A DNA stretch of 64,000 nucleotides. Source: Schmidtea polychroa. Taxonomy: Eukaryota. Location: assembly GCA_044892525.1 (NCBI GenBank), contig CM097885.1, positions 34,908,001 to 34,972,000 of the forward strand, in the 5' to 3' direction. Positions 14,350-25,850 of the stretch are shown here, piece by piece; position 1 is the stretch's first letter, and each line of letters starts with the position of its first letter. The notes beneath the pieces are model-generated. The model ran no database searches. It was not told the origin of the DNA and saw only the letters and a program-made list of their open reading frames with translations. Position numbers and translations under genes: made by a program.

Positions 14350-15210
14350 ATGTTCACCCTGAAGTTGTTCGGCCCAATCCTATAAACACTTGTTAGGACT
14401 AATGTGTTTATGGGGCATACATGTAATTATAAATTATATTTACTAGAGATCTCGAATTTCACACACCGATTGAAATATCAAATAAATAATATAAATACAA
14501 GCTAGAATTTCACACACCGACAGAAAGATACTAAATACTTTGGATAAATACACGAAGTCTCGAATATATCAACAAACGGTTCAAAAAGACAAATGTGCTT
14601 ATGGGCCTTCCCCTGTCATTGAACCGAAATTGTAAAAGATTTTAATGGGGCTTGAAATAATATAAGATTTGAGGCGCACACTCAAAATCTATTTCAAATC
14701 TCCCTAACTAATAAAATTATAGATAAATTAATTGCATAAATGGAAGGAATGAGGACAGTAAAATGACGATTCTCCGTTCTTATACTGTTCAAGAAAGATG
14801 GTGAAATTGTTGGGAGGCATTTGATTGCGAGAATTTGGGCATTGAGAGTTTGATTCATTGTAGAGAACATATAAATATATGAAAGGTTACATTTTACAAA
14901 TGATTGGAATAATATACTGTTTCATGTACAAGCAAATCGGCCGTTAGGCCGATGAGCTGCGTGAAAAATTTTCAAATTATCAGCAAATGAACAGATTCGT
15001 ACCGATTGTATGATTCCCAGTCCATGGAGAATTCATTATCGAAGGATTCGAACTATTCCGACAGCTTTGCCAGGAGCTTATAGGAATTTTTCGTGTTGAT
15101 ATCCATATCCTGGTCATTTTGGTTATACGTGATGGTTATTTGAGAGCATATTTGAATTCTGTGGAGAAGGGTCTTGAGCATAGGCAGAATTCCAAAGTAT
15201 TTATGGTCTG

Positions 15211-15887
15211 TGTTAAGTAATAATGTTATTTTTATTGTTATTTAATGCAATAAGGAAAATTGATGAGCCCGAAAGAGTCACCGATAAAAAAAAATGTGGC
15301 GGGACAATCGGGGTGCAGGCTGTGTTTTGTTTTGACGCGAAAAATACAATAAAAAAGAAAATCAAATTAATATACAACAATTATTATAACACTTAAAAAT
15401 TTTTATTAACTAAAAACCAATATAAGGTTACTTCTGACAATATAGCTTTTCTTCAGTGATTAATCTTTGAGTAAGCTTTTTAAGTTCGAATAATAATGGG
15501 ATATGAAAAAGTATGTGTATGGTTCGAGATTATACGAGTATTTGATCTAATCCTTTGAGTAGTCGTTGGGAGAGCTTCCGAATTATAACTGTTGGATCTT
15601 GAAATTTCCCAATTTACTTAATTCCTTGTTTAATAGCAGAAAAGATTTCACGGGAAATACCTGTTTCTTGTTTTGATAATTTTTAATTTGTCGTTATAGA
15701 TTTTTTTTTATTATTTCAATTTTTTCCTATAGTGATAATTTACTATGGTAAATTATCACTATATAGTTTGTTTTTTTACGAACATAAAATAAAAACCTTC
15801 GCCACGTACGACGTGAAGAATTGTAATTTACATTTATAACATACGGTTAACAAAACCAAGAAAAATAAATAATTACAATACATTACA
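15211..15887 (-). repeat. 3' LTR (677 bp)
   Basis: Direct repeat of 20512-21187; preceded on the minus strand by the polypurine tract AAAGGGGGAAG (about 15890-15903). Confidence 0.95.
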
Positions 15888-16074
15888 GAACTTCCCCCTT
15901 TAAAACCGGAGGTTAACATTTAAACGGCTTTACATATTTACAGAGATAAGATAAAACTGCAAAAAAAAATATGTTCTTGTGTTTTGTGATGATTTAGGTG
16001 AGTTTATGTTTTGTGTTTTACAACTAGCACTTTATAAAAATTGTACAACAAAATCTTGTGGGTGCATGTGTTGT

Positions 16075-19000
16075 TTATTTGAGGCAATCGCTATAACGCT
16101 TTTTGTATTCTGGTGTGATTGTTGTGTTGTTGTCGAAAATTTTTGTTGAGTTTTTTTCGCTGAATCTGATGTGTTTCTGGTTTGTCTGTATTTCTGTTCG
16201 TTCTTGTGTTTTGTACTTTGGGTGGTTGTTTTGAGGGTTTAGGTTGTGGTGATTGTTAAGAGTTGGTGTTTTGTTTTCGTGATATGGTTTTAATCGGCGT
16301 ATGTTTATTTTGATTTGTTTATTGTCTTTTAAAATTGTGCCAACGTTTTTATACATATTTAACAGTTTGTATGGGGCTTCGTACTTTGTTTCAAATCCGC
16401 TAGTGAAGGGTCTCTTTACTAAAACCATGTCTATTATTAGTTCTGTTTGGTTTTGGGTTTTATTATTATTTTTGTTTTTTAGAATACTTTTTAGTATGGG
16501 TATTTGTGATTCTTTAGCGGTTGTTTTAATCTTGTTTTCGTTTTCGTCCTTTAAGTTTGGTAGGTTGGTATTGTGTCCAAAAACTGATTGGCTAGGGCTT
16601 TTATTGTTTAGGCTTGAAGGGTTGTTTCGTAATCCTATTAGTATTTCTGGTAATTTTTCTAACCAGTTGTTGTTATTATTTGTTTTTGTTCTGATTGCTT
16701 GTTTTAATGATCGGTGTAATCTCTCAACTTTTCCGTTTGATTGTGGATTGTATGCTGTTGTTCTGGTTTTGTTGATGTTATATTTGTTGCAAAGTCCTTT
16801 GAAAATGTCGGATTCAAATTGCCTACCCTGATCGCTGATTATTGTCTTTGGGCAGCCATACCGGGTGAACCAGTTTAATTCTAATTTACTGCATATTTTT
16901 GCTGCTGATATTTCCTTTATGGGAATGGCTTCGAACCAATTTGTTTTTCGGTCTATTATAGTTAATAAGTACTTGTGTTTATTATTTGGAGGTAGAGGGC
17001 CGACTATGTCGATATGTATCGTTTCGAACGGTTCCGAACTTGGGAATTGTACAATTGTTGTTTTGAATTGTTTTGTTGTTATTTTATTCTTTTGATACTG
17101 TGGGCAATTTTTTACGAACGTTTTTACGTCCCTTCTCATGAAAGGTCAAACAACTTTGGTATGCAGAAGTTCGTATGTGGCTTTGTTTCCCGGATGGTAG
17201 ATGTTGTGATATTTTTGGAGGTATTGATCGCGCAGTTCTGCTGGTACTACGATCCTTTTGTTATTGTCATTTGAAGTGTCGTACCATATGCCGTCTATTT
17301 CTTCCAGGTGGAGTGAATTCATCCTTGGAGTTTCGATTGTTGTTTCTTTTTGTTTAGTTTTTAACTTTTCTAACTCTATGATGGGTGTTATGTTAAGTGC
17401 ATTTATGTCAGTTTCTATTCTTGATAATGCATCTGCACTTATGTTAGCTGAACCTGCTATGTATTTTATTTTGCAATTAAATTGTGAAATATAGTTTAAT
17501 TGTCTTATTTGTCTCGGTGAAGGGTTTTTCATGTTCATTGCGTTTATTAAGGGTTTATGGTCGGTATACACTTCGAAATCTTTTCCTTCCAATAGGTATT
17601 GGAAATGTCTGATTGTATCATGTAACGCTAATAACTCCCTGTCAAAAGTAGAGTATCTCATTTGGTGGGTTTTGAGTTTCTTTGAGAAGAAAGCTATTGG
17701 TCTTTTTTCGTTATTTTCTTCTTGGAATATCGTTCCGCCCATTGCTACTCCCGAACAATCTGTGTTGACTATGTATGGTAATTCTTGGTTGGGATAGTTT
17801 AGGATGCTTGCATTTTTCAGATTTTCTTTTGCCTGTTCGAACGCTGTTATTAGTTTTTCGTTCCAATTTATTTTGTTGTTTCTCTTTATTTTGTTCAGTT
17901 CATTGAGAGGGGCTAGCATTTCACTACATCTTGGTATGTATTTGTGATAGAAATTGATCATGCCAAGGAAACGTCTTAGCTCTTTTGTAGTTTTGGGTAG
18001 AGGGTAATTTTTGATCGCTTTGATTTTGTCGTCTAAAGGTCTTGTTCCATTTTCGTTTAACATGTGTCCCAGGAATTTTATTTCTGTTTTCAAAAATTCA
18101 CATTTTTTTATGTTAATTTTTAGCTCATGTTTGCTTAATATATCGAACACATTTTTAATATTTTGTATATGTTCTGTTTTGTTTGCTGATGCTATCAGGA
18201 TGTCGTCAAGGTATACGACTGTGTTCTGTTGATTTCGTAATATTTGCTCCATGAAGCGTTGGAAAGTGGCTGCAGCATTTTTTAATCCGAAAGGCATTTT
18301 GTTATACTCGAACAGTCCTATGGGTGTGATGATTGCTGTTTTCTTTATGTCTTCAGTTCTGACAGGAATTTGATGATAGGCTTTTTCTAAATCTATTTTG
18401 CTGAAAATTTTAGGTTTGTTAAATCTGTTGATGATATCGTTTATTATTGGGATTGGGTATTTGTCTGCTGTTGTGATATTGTTTAATGCTCTGTAGTCTC
18501 CACAGGCTCGCCATTCGCCGTTTGCCTTTTCTTTAAGCATGAGGGCTGATGACCAGTTTGAGTTTGAGTGTTTGACGATTTGGTTTTCTAGTAGTTCGTC
18601 GAATATTTTCTTAGTTATTTCGAGTTTATTTTTGTCTAACTGTCTGACTTTTGCATGGACTGGGTTTCCGTTGCTAATTATTATGTGTTCGGTTATGCAT
18701 TTTGTGTTGTTGTTTGTCTCTAATTTATTAGTTATATTTGCTGCATTTCGTATCAGTTTTGCGATTTCGTTAGGTATGTGCCAGTTTGTTTCTGTTTTAT
18801 TTGTTTTTGCTTCACCTATTTGGGCTGTTATTACTCCGATGTCACAATTGATTTGTTTTTTAGACTGTTTATTTTTGTGGTGTATGTTATTTGAATTGTT
18901 TGGTATGACTTTTCCATTCTTACAATCGACTAGTAGATTGAAGTTTGAAAGGAAATCTGCTCCTAAAATAGCTTGTTTGACTTCAGCTATAGTGAATTGC

Positions 19001-19278
19001 CAATTGTATTGAGTGTTGTTGATGGTGATGTTAATGTTTTGCTTTCCGAACGTTTTAATTGGGCTGCCGTTTGCTGCGCACAAATTTGCGGTTTCGGTTT
19101 TTGTGTTTTTGTATAGGTAATTCGGTAATAATGAAATTATTGAACCTGAATCAACAAGAAAATTTAGGCCATTGCTATGCACCGTGAAAGTTTGGCTGTC
19201 ACCTAATGTCGGTGCTATCATTGGTGACTTTATATGTTTCCCGACTCTTCTTTGTCGAAGGTGCAGGGTTTGTTGCAT
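16075..19278 (-). pseudogene. pol: pol (protease-RT-RNase H-integrase) with one in-frame TGA
   Basis: Motifs FLVDSGS (PR), YLDDILI (RT), TDCSG/DRELLA (RH), HxxxH..CxxY, IHIDIVGPL/SDQG/VERLH (IN). ORFs 17146-19278 and 16075-17139 are in the same frame, separated by TGA where W is expected (VV*PFMRRDV). Confidence 0.93.
19195..19242 (-). promoter_or_regulatory. Programmed -1 ribosomal frameshift signal (gag to pol)
   Basis: Slippery heptamer G GGA AAC at 19236-19242 in the gag frame; a -1 shift enters the pol frame (..GKHIKSPM). About 7 nt downstream is the stem-loop GTCACCAATG...CATTAGGTGAC. Confidence 0.8.
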
Positions 19279-20308
19279 TTGTATGCTTTATTCCCAAATT
19301 TATTGTGGTAGTAACAATAGTTTTGGGGTTGTTCCCTGTTTTGTTTCTGTCGAAGCTGTTGTGGCTGCCAGATCGTGTATTTTGTCTGGGATAATTTTGT
19401 CTGTTTTCGTAATATTGCGTTCTCCTGGATTCTCTTCTTTGTAATTCGGTTATGCCCTTTCTTAGATTTTTGTTTTCAATAATTATTTCGTCGAATTTTG
19501 TTACCAGAGTTGAGAGGAGTTTGTTCGTTTCTGTAGTTTCTGAGCTATTGTGTACAGGTTTGTTTTCGTTGCTCTTAAAATAATTTTTGTTTTGGTAAGT
19601 TCTACATATTGTTGGGTATATTTCGTCGTTGATTTTGTCTGCTATGTTTTCCAGAGTATCGAGGTCTGTACAGTTGCTGGCAGCTAGAATCCGTCGTATT
19701 TCAGGTGGCATTGCGCGCATGAAAAGGTCTTTAATGAACTCTTTTGACCCGGTGCTTGTTATTTTTGGTTGTAGTTATTCGAGTTTTGCCTTTAGGTTTC
19801 GCAGAAATTCAGACGGGTTGTCGTTACCCAATTGGATATCTTTCAAACAGGATTCGAGTAGTTCTCGCCTGTTTACTTTGTTCCGATTTATTAAAGTGTT
19901 GTATAGGTTTTCGAAAGGGTTGTCGTCCTTTGATATTTTCTCTACTCTATCGGCTATCTCGTTCAGGATGTTGCTGGGAAGGGCAGCGATTATGTGAGAA
20001 CAAACTGTTCTTGATGATTTAATGCCTGATAGGCTTAATGTTAATTTGGCGAATTCTAGCCATTTTTGTGGTGTCCCATTTTCGTCTGTGAAAAAATTTG
20101 GGATATTTGCCTTGGGGTTTAGTATTGAGTTTACCGCGGATGAATTTTCGGGGTTGTAATAATAACTACTGCTTTCATGTGTTGTGTGTGTGTTTGCGTT
20201 GTTGGTGCTTGGGTTGTATTGGTTGTTCATGTTTTCCGGTGAGTGAGCATTTTCATAGTTGTTGGGTATCTTTGTATTGTTTGTCGGGTTTTGCTGGTTT
20301 GAAGCCAT
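19230..20308 (-). pseudogene. gag: gag with one in-frame TAA and a 1-bp frameshift before the CYYHNKFGNKAYKCNKPC knuckle
   Basis: ORFs 19775-20308 and 19199-19720 are in one frame across a single TAA. The Cys/His knuckle, followed by ...ESGNI*, lies in another frame from about 19320. Confidence 0.85.
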
Positions 20309-20497
20309 TTATTTGTTTTGTTGCTGTTTTTTTATTGTTTGCTGTGCAAAAAAAAATAGTGGTTTATTTGAAGGATATGGCCTACTGTGTTCGGCCAACA
20401 GTGTCACTAGCCTTTATAGTTCTATAATAACTATTCTGAAAGGTTTCGTGATTGAAATAACAAATGCCGAATGCGTGTTATGTTATTGTTTTTTTAT

Positions 20498-20509
20498 CTT
20501 CTGACACCA
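20498..20509 (-). promoter_or_regulatory. Primer-binding site, tRNA-Leu-like
   Basis: TGGTGTCAGAAG 2 nt downstream of the 5' LTR, complementary to the 3' end (CTTCTGACACCA) of metazoan tRNA-Leu. Confidence 0.75.
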
Positions 20510-20511
20510 AT

Positions 20512-21187
20512 TGTTAAGTAATAATGTTATTTTTATTGTTATTTAATGCAATAAGGAAAATTGATGAGCCCGAAAGAGTCACCGATAAAAAAAATGTGGC
20601 GGGACAATCGGGGTGCAGGCTGTGTTTTGTTTTGACGCGAAAAATACAATAAAAAAGAAAATCAAATTAATATACAACAATTATTATAACACTTAAAAAT
20701 TTTTATTAACTAAAAACCAATATAAGGTTACTTCTGACAATATAGCTTTTCTTCAGTGATTAATCTTTGAGTAAGCTTTTTAAGTTCGAATAATAATGGG
20801 ATATGAAAAAGTATGTGTATGGTTCGAGATTATACGAGTATTTGATCTAATCCTTTGAGTAGTCGTTGGGAGAGCTTCCGAATTATAACTGTTGGATCTT
20901 GAAATTTCCCAATTTACTTAATTCCTTGTTTAATAGCAGAAAAGATTTCACGGGAAATACCTGTTTCTTGTTTTGATAATTTTTAATTTGTCGTTATAGA
21001 TTTTTTTTTATTATTTCAATTTTTTCCTATAGTGATAATTTACTATGGTAAATTATCACTATATAGTTTGTTTTTTTACGAACATAAAATAAAAACCTTC
21101 GCCACGTACGACGTGAAGAATTGTAATTTACATTTATAACATACGGTTAACAAAACCAAGAAAAATAAATAATTACAATACATTACA
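20512..21187 (-). repeat. 5' LTR (676 bp)
   Basis: Direct repeat of 15211-15887. Confidence 0.95.
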
Positions 21188-22329
21188 GTCTGGATCGGTG
21201 AGCATTGCAGTTTCAATCTTCTCGATTTTTGAAGTAATCCGATTGCTGAGGTAGGTCTTGAATGGCCTGTACAACTGTGGCAAAAGCCTTCTGTAGGCTT
21301 TGTAGTATTTTTCCAGGCATTCAGATTGATCAAAAAATCTGAAGGTTGATTCATTTCCAATTCGAAGCACTAAAAAAAATCGAATTTTATATTGCACGCC
21401 ATTTTTATAGGTACCATTTAAAAGTCTGAATTTGGCGTCATTCTGAGAACCCGATCTATTGGTGAACAATTTTAGGTAGGTGCTATTAATTCACTTACCT
21501 TTTTATAACTGAATAATTTTGAATAATGATGAACTCCAAATTTAAAATATAATTTTTGATTTTTTTACGCTTCTCTTCTATGTTTTCCCTTGGGTGTAAA
21601 CCGCCTGTCTTTACGGCTTGTTCTTTGTATCTTTCTTTCTGGGGTTTCTTTTTCTATAATTTTCTGATACTTTTCTAAAATTATTTTTCCTAAATTTCCT
21701 CAAAAAATTTGTTTGCAGTTCGAATTAAATTCATTCGTTTCAGTTTCTCTTCATTTTTCATCTCATTTTGCTATTTTACCAGCCTTATTCTGGCTTAGTT
21801 ACTATTTTTATCATTTTTACAATATTTCACCTGTTTGATTTTATTTTATTTAAATCGATACTTTCTAATTTTTCTTTTCTTGATTTTTTTTTATTTAATT
21901 AATTAATTTCCCATTTTTTTATTTTCTATTTATATTTTTCATTTTATTTCGTTTCTGTTTTTATTTTATTATATTAAAATTTATTTCTTTTCCTTGCACG
22001 TTTTTGTTAGAACTTTTCACCTATTTTCGCGGTACTATTTTGTCTAATTTAAGCAAATTCATGGGTATCCTTAGTTTTTGGCCAAATGTGCGTTTCACCT
22101 GAATATAGACAAATAAGAAATGCAATTTAAAGATCTATTCTCCTGAGAAATCTGATTATTGAAAAACATTTTCATTCAGTAATTTATCACAACATTCCTT
22201 GATCAACATCCCGATAGTTGACACATCCTAGTGTACTGTGTTGACATCTTCATTTGACATTTTGTCAACTGCTGTGTTACAATGATATGACAACTCATTA
22301 CTTTCTCTACATCTGATTGTGGCATATAT

Positions 22330-22860
22330 TATTGGATTGATTTCTTCTTTTCTTGCTCAACCTTTGTTCCAGAATGATACCTTTGTGGGGATATGACCGT
22401 TTTGACCACTCACATATTCCATTTAGACATACACTTTGCTCCTGTTGGTTTGACAAATACCTACTCTCAGAGTGTAAACCGAGAATTCACTTGTGTTTCT
22501 TCAGCACAATGGTTTTAGAAACTCAATAAATACGAATGTGATTCTTCTGCTGCTGTTAATGAAGCATCTTTTCCTGAATGTCGCAACAGTGCACCATTTC
22601 TAGTAGACTTATTGATTGCGTTTGACGATACCATTACTCGAAGATCGATTAGCATAATGTGAGGGGTGGAGTTAAACCAACTGACTAAATTTCTCAAAGA
22701 ACTCAATAGTAATCTATAAGATTAGAGTTCAATGCTAGTTGTGGGTCACAGGTAATCTATATTTTACCAGTTCATGTCGTTTCCGACGCAACCCAAGATA
22801 CAACGACTTGTTTAACCATCCGACACCCGTTGAGTGATCAACGTTGGTAATGTGTCGCAT
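22330..22860 (-). pseudogene. Heavily decayed gypsy integrase core/C-terminus
   Basis: Scattered minus-strand frames give SSNGIVKRN (compare SNGIVERxN) and SRFTL*E*VFVKPTGAKCMSKW (compare VxVKPPxAxCTSxW in gypsy integrase tails). Confidence 0.5.
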
Positions 22861-23016
22861 GGGGAATACTCTTTTTATTATGGCGTGTAAGGTTAATTAT
22901 AAATAGATAGTAAATCGGTGATCGATTTTCCCCTCGTATAATTTGATGATTTTGAATTTTTAACCTTCCACTTTAATCATTTAGAGATTTTAATTTTTAG
23001 GACCCCATTAAATAAA

Positions 23017-23188
<172 letters not shown>

Positions 23189-23203
23189 GATACTAAATAA
23201 TAA

Positions 23204-23803
23204 ATAATTAATAAACAAAAAATAATACCGAGGTTCTCCGAAATTAAGAAAGCCACTGAAATGACGAATAAACATTTGAAGAAGTGGATTGCAAACAATG
23301 GCGGATGGGAAAATTTGATACAAAAGAAAGAGTGCCCAAAAACAGAGACAGTAAGGAAAAAGAGAAAACTCGCATTTCCATGGTTGATGATCTCTATTAT
23401 CATGTTATTGGGAATAATAAACACGACGAATTCATTGGTGGAATACGACTGCTCCCAAACCGAAATGGGAAGAGTATATTCGTTGGTAAACGTAGCAGAG
23501 TGTTCAGATGCATACCCAGTAAAATTTAAAGTGACAAATCCAGTAAAATATCATGTATATCAAGAATCGGGGTTTCGACGGTCAAAGGTGAGAGAGTGTT
23601 CAGTGAAACGAACTACTTTTGTATTTTATTGTGAAAATGGAGCCACTCATCGATGGTGAGAATGCAATTGATACCTAGACCGATTGAAATAATTCCAGAG
23701 AATTGCCTGGCAGCCTTTCAAACGGGACAGCTGAAAATCAATGCAGATATTAAACTGCAAGCAAAGCTTAACCATAAAATCCTTGAGACTGTAACCGTGC
23801 GAG
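23204..23803 (+). pseudogene. Fragment: Bcl-2 BH2-like motif, hydrophobic segment and N-terminus of a chuvirus-like envelope glycoprotein
   Basis: HLKKWIANNGGWENL matches BH2 (compare Bcl-2 HLHTWIQDNGGWDAF). It is followed by FPWLMISIIMLLGII and then YDC..YSLVNVAEC..YQES..VRECSVKRTTFVFYC..ENCLAAFQTGQL, the Cys spacing I associate with chuvirus-type glycoproteins. Frameshift at about 23650. Confidence 0.7.
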
Positions 23804-25850
23804 GGTTACAAACTAATCCAGATAACATCAAAAAGTGGAAGAGTACCCAGTACTAAAAGATGCCGATGAGGTCAGACAATTTTTAGGTTTGGCTAGCTAT
23901 TACAGGAAATTTATAAAAGATTTCTCTCATATCGCTTAACCATTGAATACGTTACTAAAGAAAAACAATAAATTTATTTGGGGACAAATGCAACAAAGCG
24001 CTTTCAATACATTAAAAGAAAAATTAGTGACAACTCCTATATTACGATGTCCAGATTTTACGAAACAATTTATCTTGATGACGGATGCAAGCAATGTTGC
24101 ATTGGGCGCGGTGTTGAGCCAAAAATTTGAAGGTGAAAAGGACCACTTAATAGCATACGCAAGCAGATCACTGAGATCTCATGAGAAAAACTACTTAACT
24201 ATTGAAAATGAAACGTTAGTGTTAGTGTATAGAATTGCTACTTTTAGACAATACTTACTGGACCGAAAATTTACTGTTTATACGGATCATAATGCATTAC
24301 AGTGGTTAATGAAACACAGAGATTCAGCCAGTAAGTTAATACGATGGTCGATTGCCCTCCAAGAATACGATTTTGAGATTAAATATCGGACAGGTAAAGC
24401 TAACGCGAATGCAGATGCAATGTCAAGAATCCCAGAAAATGATAGTGAAGGAACACGAGAAAAATTGGAAGGCACTATATTTGCTGCAATCAAAACTGTT
24501 AATGATATGTCTGAACTACAAAATGATCAGGAAAACGATAGTGAATTAAAACAATTTATGGAACAAGCGGTCAAAATAAGAAAGGAACAAGATTGGAAAC
24601 GACTCACAGATGCAAACAGCAAATATGTAGTTCATAATGGAATACTTAAAATTTGGAAAAATATCGAACCATTAATTATTATCCCAGCCAAGCACAGAGA
24701 CGCATTACTGATGCAGTATCATGATGGAGCTTTGGGAGGTCATTTGTCAACGCGCAAGACGCTATCAAGATTAAAACTGAAATACTTTTGGCCAACAATG
24801 GAACAAGACGTGAAAAATTGGTGTAACAGTTGTAAAGTATGCATCACTCGCAGAAATACTGGTAAAACGATTAAAGTACCATTAAAACCGATGCCAGTAC
24901 CTGCAGCACCGATGGAGATGACGGCAATGAATATTCTGGGACCATTACCGGAAACAACAAAAGGAAACAAATACATTGTTGTTTTTTGTGACCATTTTAC
25001 TAAATGACCGGAAGCATACGCTATTCCAAACCAAAAAGCTGACACGATTGCTAGAATATTTGTGGAAAACATAATATTTTGCTATGGTACTCCAAAGAAA
25101 TTGCTAACTGATCAAGGGAGGAACTTTCAAAGCGAAATGTTCAAATCAATCATATACCTATTTGGGATTTGGAAAGTAATTAATTGGGATTTGGAAATAC
25201 AAACTGATGGATTAGTGGAACGATATAATGGGACACTGATAAAAATGATCTCATCATATGTGAATCGAAAACAGAAAGATTGGGACGACTTCATTAAGCC
25301 GTGCTATTTGCCTACAGAAATGCAGTAAATCAAAGTACAGGTGAGACCCCTTTTTATTTGATGTATTTAAGGAAAAATAATATGCCAATTGATCTCAAAT
25401 TCCAACCACCAATTTCACAATATATGGAGATACCCGATTATAAAGCATTGATGCAAGAAAGAATGCAATCAGTATGGACTAAAGCCGGTTTGACAATAAA
25501 GCACAACCAAGAGAAATATAAAGAAGCCTACAATAAAAAAGTACATGCGCATGGCATAAAGATCGGAGATCTAGTATATCTTAACAGACCGGAACCTCTC
25601 AAAGGTCTATCGCCTAAATTACAAAGACCATTTAAAGGACCATACAAAGTGTGCGACACCACCGAAACCAATTTGAAATTGTTACCATTCAGGAGTAAAA
25701 AGGCTAACCAAATGATTGTGCATGCAAATCGATGTAAACTAGTGCCAGAGGAAGATGAATCTAGATACCCCTTAAGATCCAAGCGGAATAAAGTAACAGG
25801 TCAAACAAAAGTGAAACAGAAATTCACGAAAAATCCAACACAAGTCAGCT
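23804..25850 (+). pseudogene. pol: Ty3/gypsy pol, C-terminal part (RT connection, RNase H, integrase, GPY/F), disrupted
   Basis: GLQTNPD..VRQFLGLASYYRKF; TDASNVALGAVL (RH); H..GH..CxxC zinc finger; LLTDQGRNF; GLVERYN; FKGPYKV. Several stops and frameshifts. Confidence 0.93.

Larger units (their letters stand above)
15211..21187 (-). mobile_element. Full-length, young Ty3/gypsy LTR retrotransposon (about 5.98 kb)
   Basis: LTRs at 15211-15887 and 20512-21187 with TG...CA ends, identical by eye except one A in a homopolymer. 5-bp TSD GTCTG (15206-15210 / 21188-21192). PBS, PPT and gag-pol with PR-RT-RH-IN order are present. Confidence 0.97.

Noticed and set aside
16301..20504. Many hydrophobic plus-strand ORFs
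   Set aside because: Antisense shadows of the A-rich minus-strand gag-pol.
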